Positions 9,229-20,269 are shown, numbered from the stretch's first letter. The stretch: DNA of 64,000 nucleotides from an uncultured Bacilli bacterium (GCA_934155645.1 CAKPHC010000006.1:30625-94624); one strand, 5' to 3'. A program made the numbers and translations. Notes: generated by a model not told the origin, from the letters alone.

Positions 9229-10524
9229 CTAATGGTTAGTGGCTTTGTCTTCTGGTAATAAGATTACTGTCGAACTGTTTTCAAAATCAAAAGTTTCTCT
9301 TATTTCTTTTAATTTTTTCATATTCATACTTCTAATAATAGGAATTTTTTCTGGAACAATTTTTCCATACTCTATAATATCATTAACCATATTATCAACG
9401 GTTATCTCTACATTATCGGTCATAATTACTTCAGAGGAAATCCATACTCTTTTACAACGTTCGATTTCTTCTTCAGTTATTACATAATTATCAAATTGTT
9501 CTTTTATATTTTTTATTAATAACTTAGGTTTTTTACTTTCAATCCAGAATGTAATTACTAAATAATCGTCAACAATCATTCTTTCTAACATTAATGAATT
9601 TAAAAGATTACTTTTCATCATATTTTCTCTAAAAAGCGAAGAACTTCCAAATAAGATATTTAAAATCATACCAACATAAATATTATATTCGTATCGATCT
9701 TCTTCTTTAATATCTTTTATTGATATTTTTATTGTGTATCCTGCTTTAGGACTTGTTACATTGTGAAAAGTTAATTCTTTTTCCTTAGTATTTACTTTTA
9801 ATGGTTCATTTATTTCTTTATTCTTAGGTAACTTAGTTTTCTTTTTCTTGTTTACGTACTCATCATTACGAATTAAATCCATTATTTCATTAGGGTCAAA
9901 CTTTCCGCCTACAATTAAGCCCATATTACTTGGCTGATAAAATGTATTATAACAATTATACAAATCTTCTTTTGTTATATCTTTTATTGTATCTACATAT
10001 CCTGCTATGTCATCTCTTATTGGATGAACTTTAAAAGTTGCTTTTTCTACTTCTTCAGTTAAAATCCACTCAGGATTATCATCATACATTTTTATTTCTT
10101 CTGCAATGATTCCTTTTTCTTTTTCAACATTTTCATCTGTAAAGTAAGGACTATTTAGGTATTTTAATAGATATTTTAAGTTTTCTTTTAAATTATTAGT
10201 ACCATAAACTATATACCTAGTAGCTTTAAATCCAGTAGAAGCGTTACAACCAGTTCCACTTTTAGAATAGAATTCAAATGGGACATTACCATCTTCTTGT
10301 TCAAACATTTTATGTTCTAAGAAATGAGCAATACCTTTTGGGACTGTTATCATTTTTTTATCAGTTTCATTTTGAAAAGTTAAATTTATAGAGCCAAATT
10401 TAGTGAAATAACTCATAAAATAATTATTTTTATTATCATAAGGAATTAGGTAGATATTTAGTCCATTAGAAAGTACATCATGATATACAAATGTATCTGT
10501 TCCTGTTAATTCAAACTTATTCAT
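9229..10524 (-). CDS. M16-family zinc peptidase (insulinase-like, YmfH-like), catalytic motif present
   Basis: HFLEHKMFE (HxxEH). Start at MNKFELTG overlaps the upstream gene stop by 8 nt. Confidence 0.8.
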   Translation of the reverse strand: MNKFELTGTDTFVYHDVLSNGLNIYLIPYDNKNNYFMSYFTKFGSINLTFQNETDKKMITVPKGIAHFLEHKMFEQEDGNVPFEFYSKSGTGCNASTGFKATRYIVYGTNNLKENLKYLLKYLNSPYFTDENVEKEKGIIAEEIKMYDDNPEWILTEEVEKATFKVHPIRDDIAGYVDTIKDITKEDLYNCYNTFYQPSNMGLIVGGKFDPNEIMDLIRNDEYVNKKKKTKLPKNKEINEPLKVNTKEKELTFHNVTSPKAGYTIKISIKDIKEEDRYEYNIYVGMILNILFGSSSLFRENMMKSNLLNSLMLERMIVDDYLVITFWIESKKPKLLIKNIKEQFDNYVITEEEIERCKRVWISSEVIMTDNVEITVDNMVNDIIEYGKIVPEKIPIIRSMNMKKLKEIRETFDFENSSTVILLPEDKATNH

Positions 10525-11785
10525 CAACACCATTCCCTTCTAATAGATAAATAGTGTCCATTTTTATTTTTTTACTTAAGGAAACTATATCTTCTTTTGT
10601 TACTTCCATTATTTTCTTTTTTCTAACTTCTGGAAAATCAACTTTTAAAACTTCTGATGCATAGTATGCTGAAATAATTTGGTTTGGATAATCGTATATT
10701 TCATCTATAATACTGTTATATCTAATTTTGGCTTTTTCAATCATTTCATCAGGAAAGTTTCCACTACCAATATTCTTCATTTCTTTCTTTATTAGGCTTA
10801 AAACTTTCTTAAAGTTTTCTTTAGATATTCCAGAAGAAATAATCAATAAGTTATCAACTTTATTAGATGCTGATGAAACGTAGTAACATAGAGAATTCTT
10901 TTCCCTTACATTTTGGAATAATAATGACTCACTACCTCCACCTAAAATAATATTGTATAAAGTTAAAACATAATTCTTTTCAAAATCTGTTAAATCTTTC
11001 ATTTTACAACCTATTGCTAATTTAGATTGATTAATACTATCTTTTTCAATAATTGTTTTAGGTCTTGTTCTTATACTATTATGGTAAAGAATTGGACTAT
11101 TCCTTTTCTTTTTAAATACGTTAAACTTAAACTTTTCCTTTATAAGTTTTTCCATTTTAGTAAAATCTATATCTCCTATTACAAAGATATCAATACTGCA
11201 TTTTCTTAATAATTCTTTATAATATTCATATAAATTTTCTTCAGTTATTTTATCTAAATCTTCTAAGTATCCAAATCCATGATAACTATATGGTGCATCT
11301 TTGTTCATGTTTTCGAGCATTCTTATCATACTGTATTTTCTAGTATCTTCTTTAACACTTTCAATTTGAATATGCATATTATTTTTAATAACATTAAATG
11401 ATGCACTGTCAAATTTGTTGTTTTCAACATTTGGATTAAAGATAATTTCACTTAAGAAGTCTAAACTTTTTTCAGTCATATTTTCTTCACTATATTTTTC
11501 ATTTAAAAAATATAGGTTAATATCAGTATTATAATAATTACCTAATCTGTAACTGGTTGAGTATATACTTGCTGCATATAAATTTTGAGATTCTATTGAA
11601 ATATCTCTTTTGGTCTTATATTTCTTACTTGAATATGTAAGAATATCAGATAAAAAATTTCTCTTGGTGATATCTTCTTTTTTTACTTCATCGCTTAGTA
11701 TAATTTGCATATTAACAGTTTTAAATCTTTTTGTTTTAATCATGTGCAAATTATATGGTCCTACTTCTGTCTTTTTATATTGCAT
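10517..11785 (-). CDS. M16-family peptidase-like protein (YmfF-like), no HxxEH motif seen
   Basis: Length and pairing with the downstream M16 gene fit. No HxxEH in the N-terminal region, so it is probably the non-catalytic partner. Start moved to MQYKK (GAGGTGGG RBS). Confidence 0.65.
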   Translation of the reverse strand: MQYKKTEVGPYNLHMIKTKRFKTVNMQIILSDEVKKEDITKRNFLSDILTYSSKKYKTKRDISIESQNLYAASIYSTSYRLGNYYNTDINLYFLNEKYSEENMTEKSLDFLSEIIFNPNVENNKFDSASFNVIKNNMHIQIESVKEDTRKYSMIRMLENMNKDAPYSYHGFGYLEDLDKITEENLYEYYKELLRKCSIDIFVIGDIDFTKMEKLIKEKFKFNVFKKKRNSPILYHNSIRTRPKTIIEKDSINQSKLAIGCKMKDLTDFEKNYVLTLYNIILGGGSESLLFQNVREKNSLCYYVSSASNKVDNLLIISSGISKENFKKVLSLIKKEMKNIGSGNFPDEMIEKAKIRYNSIIDEIYDYPNQIISAYYASEVLKVDFPEVRKKKIMEVTKEDIVSLSKKIKMDTIYLLEGNGVDE

Positions 11786-11827
11786 AACCCACCTCACTTA
11801 CTATTATACTCGAACCATCGTTTTTTA

Positions 11828-12529
11828 TTAGATAATTGATTCTAATGCTAAAGAAATCATTTCATTAAAGTTTCTTTCACGTTCTAGTGCTGTAGTTTGT
11901 TCTTTTGTAACAAATGAATCTGATACTGTTAATAAAGTACTTGCTTCTTTATTAAGACTTTTAGCAATATGAAATAAAGCGTATGACTCCATTTCTACTC
12001 CTACGCAATCATGTTCTTTAATTAAATTAGATTCCTTATTTAATGTATAAAAGCACTCACTACAGTAAATATTTCCAATATTTATTTTTTTATTTAATCT
12101 ATTTGCAGTGTCTATTATTCTTTTATTTAAGGTATCACTACTCTTTGCTACATTAGTATCCTCTCCATAATATGTTAAAGCAAAGTTAGATTCACTATAA
12201 GAATTGTCTACTAATACTATGTCAAATATATTAATATCTTTTTTATATGAACCGCATGAACCAACTCTAATAATAGTATCTACATTATAGAATTTGTAAA
12301 GTTCATAAGCATATATTCCAATACTAGGAATACCCATTCCTGATGGGAAAATAGTTACTTTCTTACCTTTGTAGAATCCAGTATAAGCAGTCATATTTCT
12401 TACGCTATTTACTTGTTTAACGTCAGTTAAAAAGTTTTCAGAAATATATTTTGCTCTTAATGGATCTCCTGGCATTATTACAACTGGTGCTATATCGTTT
12501 ATGTCTGATGTAATATGTGGTGTTGCCAT
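11828..12529 (-). CDS. deoD: Purine nucleoside phosphorylase, DeoD type
   Basis: MATPHI..VVIMPGDPLRAKYI..GMGIPS..VGVEMES pattern. Start moved to ATG 12529 (AAAGGAG RBS). Confidence 0.9.
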   Translation of the reverse strand: MATPHITSDINDIAPVVIMPGDPLRAKYISENFLTDVKQVNSVRNMTAYTGFYKGKKVTIFPSGMGIPSIGIYAYELYKFYNVDTIIRVGSCGSYKKDINIFDIVLVDNSYSESNFALTYYGEDTNVAKSSDTLNKRIIDTANRLNKKINIGNIYCSECFYTLNKESNLIKEHDCVGVEMESYALFHIAKSLNKEASTLLTVSDSFVTKEQTTALERERNFNEMISLALESII

Positions 12530-12663
12530 GATGTCACTCCTTTCTAATTTAATTATAACACACATGAATTGAGTTAGTCGATAAAATACGCTATAAAATG
12601 AAGAACTAACAATTTTTTATACTAAAAAAATCACATTTACTAAGAAACATGATTTTAATCAGT

Positions 12664-13404
12664 TCATAATTTAAAATCTAGCATTTTACTGCATATTTTT
12701 TCATACATATCTTGAGCATTTTTTATTGTGTCAATTAAAAACATTTTATCACTTTTATACTCTTTTAATCCTCTTATATAATATGCTTTATCTCTATCTA
12801 AAATAATAAATGGAGTTATGTTATTTTTTAAACACTCTTTGAACATAATTATTCTTCCGACTCTACCATTTCCATCACCAAATGGATGAATTAATTCAAA
12901 CTTAACATGAAATTCTATTATGTCTTCCAAAGTAATAATTTTAAGATTATTATACCAATTTAAGAGGCATTTCAAATCATTTGCAACATTATCTGGACTG
13001 GAAGTTTCAACAATGTTTATTAATCCTATTTTATTTGGTACTACTTTAAATCCTCCTACATTATATCTAGGATTATCTTCATCTGTCGTATTTCTTTTTA
13101 AGATTTTATTCATTTCTATTATATTTTTCTCTGATAAGTCATCGTCTATTATATCGAGCATATAATCAAATAATCTAAAATGGTTTTTCATTTCGGTCAC
13201 ATCATCGAATTCAACAGCCATGTTATTCTTTGCTATAAATGAATTAGTTTCAAAAATTGCTTCTGTTTCATCTTCGGTTAAATGACTACCTTCCATTTTG
13301 TTAGAATTATATGCGAAGTTAACTTGAGAGTAATGATAAATATTACCTTTGAATTTTGACTTTTTTTGTTCTATTAATTCTTTCCTTAGTTTAGATAAAT
13401 CCAT
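12664..13404 (-). CDS. Fic-family protein (class II layout)
   Basis: Fic motif HPFGDGNGRVGR; N-terminal inhibitory-type motif SNKMEG, matching (S/T)xxxE(G/N). Confidence 0.85.
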   Translation of the reverse strand: MDLSKLRKELIEQKKSKFKGNIYHYSQVNFAYNSNKMEGSHLTEDETEAIFETNSFIAKNNMAVEFDDVTEMKNHFRLFDYMLDIIDDDLSEKNIIEMNKILKRNTTDEDNPRYNVGGFKVVPNKIGLINIVETSSPDNVANDLKCLLNWYNNLKIITLEDIIEFHVKFELIHPFGDGNGRVGRIIMFKECLKNNITPFIILDRDKAYYIRGLKEYKSDKMFLIDTIKNAQDMYEKICSKMLDFKL

Positions 13405-13547
13405 ACCCTCACTCCTTTCGGTATTGTTACATCAAATAATATTTCTTTTCTATAAAAATTATATCATAAACACTTTGGTTTTACTATTTTTAAGTTGACT
13501 TTTAATATAAAGTTAATTAGAATAATAACTCAACTAAGGGGGATTTT

Positions 13548-14639
13548 ATGGCAACATATAATTGGGATATAGAAAAAATAATTAAAAGAAGAAATCGTGT
13601 TGAATATTTAGCAAAAATATATGCAGAACAGCTAGAAATCTATAATGACATGATTAGAAATTATGATATTAAATTAGATTATGATGAACTAGAAGAAGAG
13701 TATAAAAATATGGTATTAAAATTTAAAGAAACGGTATTACCATTTGTTAGTAAAACTCAATTAGATTTAGTTATTGGTGCGATGAAGGTTGTAAAGGTTT
13801 ATGATTATCAGTTACGCGACTTCCCTACAACACCTCTTAAAGTAAGCAATGATGAATTAGTAGAAATTACTCGTGAATTATTTAAACAAATACCTAGCAA
13901 GCGATTATATAATGATTTTCTAGAATCAGTTAACCCTGAGAATATGAGATTGATGTTTAAATACTATAAAAGAGTCCCTACTGATGCTTATGGATTAACT
14001 TTCTCAAATCCTGAAGAAAAAGAGACATATGGACTTATTGCAAGACGTAATTCCCTTTCTGATATTATAACTTTAGCTCATGAAGTTGCTCATATGATTA
14101 TTAGAAAAAACGAAGGTCATTTATTTGATGAAACTCAAAGATGTATATATACAGAAACTGAAGGTTTATTTATGGATTTAATTTTCTCTGATTTGTTAAA
14201 AAGGAATAAATTCAATGTAAAAGATGAGTTTCAAACGACCGATTTAACTACACACATCGAATATATACATGATGTATTTACAATTAATGCGATTGATAAA
14301 TATACTGATATTTTTGGAAAAACAAATTTTAAAGAGTTAAGAAGGGAACTAAGAAGTAACAGAATAACTATTCCTGTTAATAAAAGAAATTTAAATTATT
14401 TCATTATTGATGAATATACCGAATTTTTAAATAATAGTTCATCTTATTTAGTTGCTCTTGATTTATATTATCTTTATAAAAAAGATTCAGAACGTGCGAT
14501 AGATTATTTTTATAAAATACCTAGTCTTACAGGAGAAAATCCTTATAAAGATTTAGAAGAAATAGATGCAACCTTCCATATAGATGGATATAGAAATCTA
14601 AATAATCAATGTAAAAAGTTATTAAAATTAAAAAAATAA
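13548..14639 (+). CDS. Hypothetical HExxH zinc-metallopeptidase-like protein (M3-like?)
   Basis: Single HEVAHM motif in a mostly helical-looking 363-aa protein; family assignment not verified. Confidence 0.4.
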   Translation: MATYNWDIEKIIKRRNRVEYLAKIYAEQLEIYNDMIRNYDIKLDYDELEEEYKNMVLKFKETVLPFVSKTQLDLVIGAMKVVKVYDYQLRDFPTTPLKVSNDELVEITRELFKQIPSKRLYNDFLESVNPENMRLMFKYYKRVPTDAYGLTFSNPEEKETYGLIARRNSLSDIITLAHEVAHMIIRKNEGHLFDETQRCIYTETEGLFMDLIFSDLLKRNKFNVKDEFQTTDLTTHIEYIHDVFTINAIDKYTDIFGKTNFKELRRELRSNRITIPVNKRNLNYFIIDEYTEFLNNSSSYLVALDLYYLYKKDSERAIDYFYKIPSLTGENPYKDLEEIDATFHIDGYRNLNNQCKKLLKLKK

Positions 14640-14641
14640 AG

Positions 14642-14670
14642 AAAAAGGCAGTTCAATTAGACTGCCTTTT
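14642..14670. terminator. Bidirectional hairpin terminator between convergent genes
   Basis: AAGGCAGT-tcaattag-ACTGCCTT flanked by an A-run and a T-run; overlaps the ftsK stop. Confidence 0.65.
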
Positions 14671-16918
14671 ATTCTTCATTATCGTTACTATTATCAAGTT
14701 TTACTAAAACTTCTCTTGGTTTAGAACCATTTTGAGGACCAATTATACCTCGTTCTTCTAATAAATCTATTATTCTTGCTGCTCTATTATACCCTAGTTT
14801 AAATCTTCTTTGTAATAATGATGCACTAGCTTTACCTGTTGTTACAACAAATTCAACTATATCGTTATATAGTGGGTCATCATATTCTTCTTCGACTGTT
14901 TTAACTTCTCCTCCTGCATTTCCTTGGTCCTTAGCTGCAGCAGTTAAGTTTAAGAATTTTTCATCGTATTGAGCTTTTTGTTGAGATACTGTGTAATCTA
15001 CCAATCTTTGCAATTCTTCATCGGAAACATATGCTCCTTGTACACGTTGTGGAGCATTTTCTCCCATAGGTAGGAACAACATGTCACCTTTACCTAATAG
15101 TTTTTCAGCACCCATCATATCTAGAATAGTACGTGAGTCGATGCTTGATGATACAGCGAACGATATACGTGATGGAATATTTGCTTTTACTACACCAGTA
15201 ATAACATCAGTAGATGGTCTTTGCGTTGCTATAATTAAGTGAATTCCTGCTGCACGTGCCATTTGAGTAATACGCATTATAGAATCTTCTACTTCTTTAC
15301 TTGCTACTAACATAAGGTCAGCTAACTCATCTACTATAACAACTATATAAGGCATTTTTTTAATTTTGGCATCTTCTGGTAATCTAGCATTTTGCTTTTC
15401 TACCCATTCGTTATACGTTGCAATGTTTTTTACGTTTTTATCACTAAATATATCATAACGTGATTCCATTTCACTAACAATTTTCTGTAGCGCTACTGAA
15501 GCCTTTTTAGGATCAGTTACCACTGGCATCATTAAGTGTGGAATACCATTATACATACTCAATTCAACTTTTTTAGGGTCAACCATCATAAGCTTTACTT
15601 CATCTGGTTTAGTACGCATAAGAATTGATGCAATCATACAGTTAATACATACTGATTTACCACTACCAGTAGCACCTGCTACTAATAAGTGCGGTGTCTT
15701 ATCAATCTCACAATAAATACTGTTACCCATAATATTTTTACCTAAAGCTACTAGCAATTTACTATTTACTTTATTGCTTGGAACGGTCTCTAATATTTCT
15801 CTTAGTGATACTGGAGATGTTGTATCATTAGCAATTTCTATTCCTACTGTACTTTTACCTGGAATTGGTGCTTGAATACGAACATCTTTTTTAGCAAGCG
15901 CTAAAGATATTTCACGGTTAATGCTTAATAATCTACTTAGTTTAGTACCACTTTGAATTTCCATTTCGTATTGGGTAACACTAGGTCCACTATTAACTTC
16001 TACTACTTTACCAATAATACCAAAGTCTTTTAATACTTTTTCTAGAATAACAATATTGTTTTCGATTGATGCTTGATTGTTATTACCTTTACTCTTCTTT
16101 GGTGGATTTAATAATGATAAACTAGGTAATTTATAATTAGAATTTTGAACTATTTCTTCAGTTTGTTCATTGTTAACAGGTACTTCTTCTTGTTTTGGTT
16201 CTTCTTTATGAGTTAATTCATCTATACTTGATACAACCATTTTATTTGAAGTATTATCGTTAATAATTACAGCTGGTTCATGAGATTCTTCTTCATCACC
16301 ATCTTCAACTTTATTCTTTTTGTGAGGTAATGCTTCTCTTCCTTTTTTAATACCTTTTCTAATTAAGTCAATAATTGATACTCCTGTAAATAAACATGCA
16401 CCTATAATCATTAATACAATAGCTACTATTTTAGTACCAGAATAATCAAATAATTTGTTAAACAAAACTGCTAAAAGGCATCCTAGAATTCCACCTCCAC
16501 TAGGTGAAAAGCTAATGTCATGCATTATAAAATCAAAATTGTTCATAAGACTATTTAATGATTCCTTAATTATAGTTATTGATTGGCCATCATTTAAATG
16601 AACATAATTCAAATGTGAGAACACAAGTATACCAATTGCTAATATATAAATACCTATCATCCTACTAGATAATAATTTAGGCCAAGACCTCTTAATTAAT
16701 AGGTATCCTCCTAAAATAAAACATGCAGCTAGAAGTACTAAATCCCAAGAACCTACTAAAAATACTGCAAAAGCTCTTGATATTTTTCCTACTAACCCTA
16801 ATGGTTTATTCATACCGATTCCTAATATTGATAATAGAATAAGACATATTCCATATAATTCATTCATGTATGGAAACCTTTTACTTTTTTCTTCTTTTCT
16901 TTTTTTTCTTTTTGTCAT
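14669..16918 (-). CDS. ftsK: DNA translocase FtsK/SpoIIIE
   Basis: N-terminal TM segments, Walker A GATGSGKS, Walker B VVIVDELADL, and a C-terminal gamma domain (LLQRRFKLGYNRAARIID). Start moved to MTKRKK (GGAGTGA RBS). Confidence 0.95.
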   Translation of the reverse strand: MTKRKKRKEEKSKRFPYMNELYGICLILLSILGIGMNKPLGLVGKISRAFAVFLVGSWDLVLLAACFILGGYLLIKRSWPKLLSSRMIGIYILAIGILVFSHLNYVHLNDGQSITIIKESLNSLMNNFDFIMHDISFSPSGGGILGCLLAVLFNKLFDYSGTKIVAIVLMIIGACLFTGVSIIDLIRKGIKKGREALPHKKNKVEDGDEEESHEPAVIINDNTSNKMVVSSIDELTHKEEPKQEEVPVNNEQTEEIVQNSNYKLPSLSLLNPPKKSKGNNNQASIENNIVILEKVLKDFGIIGKVVEVNSGPSVTQYEMEIQSGTKLSRLLSINREISLALAKKDVRIQAPIPGKSTVGIEIANDTTSPVSLREILETVPSNKVNSKLLVALGKNIMGNSIYCEIDKTPHLLVAGATGSGKSVCINCMIASILMRTKPDEVKLMMVDPKKVELSMYNGIPHLMMPVVTDPKKASVALQKIVSEMESRYDIFSDKNVKNIATYNEWVEKQNARLPEDAKIKKMPYIVVIVDELADLMLVASKEVEDSIMRITQMARAAGIHLIIATQRPSTDVITGVVKANIPSRISFAVSSSIDSRTILDMMGAEKLLGKGDMLFLPMGENAPQRVQGAYVSDEELQRLVDYTVSQQKAQYDEKFLNLTAAAKDQGNAGGEVKTVEEEYDDPLYNDIVEFVVTTGKASASLLQRRFKLGYNRAARIIDLLEERGIIGPQNGSKPREVLVKLDNSNDNEE

Positions 16919-16965
16919 GTTATCACTCCATATCATCTACATAATAATTATATCATGATTTAAAT

Positions 16966-16991
16966 AAAAAAAAAGAGAATATTTCTATTCT
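16966..16991 (-). terminator. Hairpin terminator, exact copy of the dnaE terminator
   Basis: Minus strand: GAGAATA-gaaa-TATTCTC followed by T9. 16969-16991 is identical to 17311-17333. Confidence 0.6.
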
Positions 16992-17310
16992 ACTTTCTGA
17001 AAAGATTTAATTTCATACTATCTTTTTTGATTAATTGAAGTGATTTTAATGAATTTTAATCGCATAATATTTCTTTAATAAGTTTAGTACTATTGTCTAA
17101 TTCTGATATTCCTACAACGTTATTATCTCTCATTAAAACTTCTAAATTGGATAAAACTATTAAATGCAAAATATTGGTATAGTTTCTAATATCTCCATCT
17201 ATTTGGAGTCATAGTGAACCTACTATAAGGATCTTCGTTAATTTTAATTCCGTGTGATTTCACAGAATTAAAAAATGTTAACTTATATTTTTAATTAATT
17301 TTCGTATCAC
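16992..17310 (-). pseudogene. Degenerate ORF remnant between two identical terminators
   Basis: The minus strand reads ..FFNSVKSHGIKINEDPYSRFTMTPNRWRY* and then, in another frame, DIRNYTNILHLIVLSNLEVLMRDNNVVGISELDNSTKLIKEILCD*. There is no start or RBS and the frames are broken. Confidence 0.3.
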
Positions 17311-17336
17311 AAAAAAGAGAATATTTCTATTCTCCA
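17311..17336 (-). terminator. dnaE terminator (overlaps the stop codon)
   Basis: Minus strand: GGAGAATAG-aaa-TATTCTC + T6. Confidence 0.6.
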
Positions 17337-20269
17337 AGTACTTTAATTTTATCTACAATTATTTGATATAAGTTAAGACGTTTTTCTACTCTTCCTCTTA
17401 TCAAAACAACGTCTCCTCGTTCTAAATCCATGTTTTCACTATAAACTTTTGGGAACAAAGTAAAGTCCATAATTCCTGAAGCATCACTTCCATATAAGAA
17501 AGACATTTTATCACCTTTTTTAGTTTCTATTACCTTAATCTTATCTATAAGTGCTACTACATCAACAGATTTATTAAAATATTTATTAACATCAGCTAAT
17601 TCGATAGTATTATATTGTTCTTTGTAAACAGTAGTAGGATAATCACTTAAATAGAATCCAAATAATTTCTTTTCATTAGCCATTATCGTTTCTTTAGTAA
17701 ATTCTTCTACGACATCTATTTCTGGTTTCATTACAAGTGATGGGTCCAAGTCTTTAGTAAGAGAAGCATAATTCAATAACTTATCTAAATTTGTTAGTAA
17801 AGTTTTCTTATTATAACCAAAAGAATCAAAACATGATGCAAGAATTAATACTTCAAGAGTTTTTTCACTAACATTTCTAGTCGTTATTTTAGAAATACAA
17901 TCAAATATATCAGTAAAACCTGTACCCCTATTATTTATAATATCTCTACATGTTACAATACCAATATTTTTTATATTTGATAAAGGATAACGAATACCAT
18001 CTTTCTCTACTTTGTAGTAACCCATACTCGAATTAATAGATGGTAATAATATCTTTATACCTCTTGTTCTTACTTCGTTTATATATTCTTTAGTTTTAAT
18101 CTCACTTCCTATTACTGAAGTTAATAAACTACTAAAGAAATATTTAGGGTATCTAGCTTTTAAATAAGCCATTTTATAAGCAATAATGGAATATGCTACT
18201 GAGTGAGCTCTATTAAATCCGTAGTTTGCAAAGTTTAGTATTAAATCAAATACTTTTTTAGCAGTTTCTTTTTTATATCCCCTGTTAATAGAACCATTTA
18301 TAAATTTTTCTTCTTCACCTTTTAAAACATCCATTTTCTTTTTACTCATAGCTCGTCTTAAAATATCAGCTTCACCTAAAGTATAACCTGCCATTACATT
18401 AGCAATCTGCATTATTTGTTCTTGATAAATTATAATTCCATAAGTAGGTGCTAAAATATCTTTTAGGCTTGGGTCAATATAATCTATTTCCTCTTCACCA
18501 TGTTTTCTTCTTATATAAGAGTCAATATTAACAGCAGGACCTGGTCTAAATAATGCGATTGCTGCAAATATATCTTCAAAGCAAGTAGGACGTAAATTCT
18601 TTAAGAAGTTTCGCATACCAGCTGATTCAAATTGGAATATTCCTGAGGTATCAGCAGTAGTAAATATCTTAATTGCTTCACTATCATCAAGAGGTATTTT
18701 AGAAAACTCTATTTTAATACCTTCGTTTTTCTCTATATCACTTAATATATTCATGATTGTAGTAAGGTTTTTAAGCCCTAGAAAGTCCATTTTTAATAGA
18801 CCTAGTTCTTCTAAATATTCCATAGAATATCCACTTAGATATAATCCTTCACTATTTTTAATTAGTGGTATTACTTCGTCTAGTTCTACTCTACTCATTA
18901 CAATACCAGCAGCATGCATAGATGTATGTCTAGGATATCCTTCTATAAAAGAAGCTATTTCAAACATTAATTTAAGCTTATCATCACTATCAATAATACT
19001 TCTAAATTCCGCATCTTTTTTATAGAAATCGTTTAATTTCATTTTAGTAATCATTGGAATATGTTTACATAAAATATCTATATCACTTGATTTAATATTT
19101 AATACTCTTGCTGTATCTCTAATAACTAAACGAGATGCCATGGTACCAAAAGTAACTATACCTGCTACGTTTTTTTCACCATATTTGTTTTTAACATAAT
19201 TAATTACTTGGTCACGATATATATCAGGAAAATCAGTATCAATATCAGGCATTGTTACACGTTCTGGATTAAGGAAACGTTCAAATAATAAATCATATTT
19301 AATTGGGTCTATATCGGTAATTCCTAAAGAATAAGCTACTAATGAGCCACCAGCACTACCACGACCTGGACCTACTAGTATTCCTTCTTGTTTAGCATAT
19401 CTAATAAAGTCATATACAACTAAGAAATAGTTAGAAAATCCCATCTTTTTAATTATATCAAGTTCATATATTAATCTATTTTTATATTCTGAAGGAACAT
19501 TATTATCAAGTCTTCTATTAAGACCTTTTATACTTAGTTTTTCTAGAAATTCATCACTATTATTATTTTCAGTTTTATATATAGGAAGTAAATTTTCCTT
19601 ACTAGGAAACTCTAAATTACATTTATCACTTATCTTTAAAGTATTAGATAATGCAGTACTAGTACTAAGAGTAAGTACTTCATCATTAAGAAAGTAATTA
19701 TAATTATCAATAAAATCTATATTATCACTTATAGTTTTATTATCTCTTATCATGTATAAGTATTTTAAATATTTAGAATCGTTTTTATGTATGTATAAAG
19801 TTTTATTAATGAATACTATATTATTAGTTATTTTCATTGATTCGTTTTCTTCTTTGATATTACTACAACCAACATATAGGTCATCATATATATTTTTTAT
19901 TTCGTTATAGATATTTAAATAATTATATGGAAGAATAGTAACTAAGGATTTGTTATATTTCTTTAAGTCATTAATATCTATTTTTCTTTCACTAGAAATA
20001 GTTGATAGTTTGATTAGGTCTTTGTATCCCTTATAGTCTTTAGCATATAATAGAATATGGTTATTATTATAATCTATATCTAATCCAATAATAGGTTTGA
20101 TATTATTTTTTATACACTCTTTATAAAAGCACATTACACCCATCATGTTATCATCGCATATAGCAATGCTTTTAACTTTTTTGTTAGTGCAGTATTCTAT
20201 TAGTTTATCAATAGATATTAGACTAGATAATAATGAATAGTTAGTTTTAATATATAATCTTGTAAACAT
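17327..20269 (-). CDS. dnaE: DNA polymerase III alpha subunit DnaE
   Basis: N-terminal PHP domain; PDIDTDF, GRGSAGGSLVAY, FRPGP and a C-terminal OB region. Confidence 0.95.
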   Translation of the reverse strand: MFTRLYIKTNYSLLSSLISIDKLIEYCTNKKVKSIAICDDNMMGVMCFYKECIKNNIKPIIGLDIDYNNNHILLYAKDYKGYKDLIKLSTISSERKIDINDLKKYNKSLVTILPYNYLNIYNEIKNIYDDLYVGCSNIKEENESMKITNNIVFINKTLYIHKNDSKYLKYLYMIRDNKTISDNIDFIDNYNYFLNDEVLTLSTSTALSNTLKISDKCNLEFPSKENLLPIYKTENNNSDEFLEKLSIKGLNRRLDNNVPSEYKNRLIYELDIIKKMGFSNYFLVVYDFIRYAKQEGILVGPGRGSAGGSLVAYSLGITDIDPIKYDLLFERFLNPERVTMPDIDTDFPDIYRDQVINYVKNKYGEKNVAGIVTFGTMASRLVIRDTARVLNIKSSDIDILCKHIPMITKMKLNDFYKKDAEFRSIIDSDDKLKLMFEIASFIEGYPRHTSMHAAGIVMSRVELDEVIPLIKNSEGLYLSGYSMEYLEELGLLKMDFLGLKNLTTIMNILSDIEKNEGIKIEFSKIPLDDSEAIKIFTTADTSGIFQFESAGMRNFLKNLRPTCFEDIFAAIALFRPGPAVNIDSYIRRKHGEEEIDYIDPSLKDILAPTYGIIIYQEQIMQIANVMAGYTLGEADILRRAMSKKKMDVLKGEEEKFINGSINRGYKKETAKKVFDLILNFANYGFNRAHSVAYSIIAYKMAYLKARYPKYFFSSLLTSVIGSEIKTKEYINEVRTRGIKILLPSINSSMGYYKVEKDGIRYPLSNIKNIGIVTCRDIINNRGTGFTDIFDCISKITTRNVSEKTLEVLILASCFDSFGYNKKTLLTNLDKLLNYASLTKDLDPSLVMKPEIDVVEEFTKETIMANEKKLFGFYLSDYPTTVYKEQYNTIELADVNKYFNKSVDVVALIDKIKVIETKKGDKMSFLYGSDASGIMDFTLFPKVYSENMDLERGDVVLIRGRVEKRLNLYQIIVDKIKVLGE

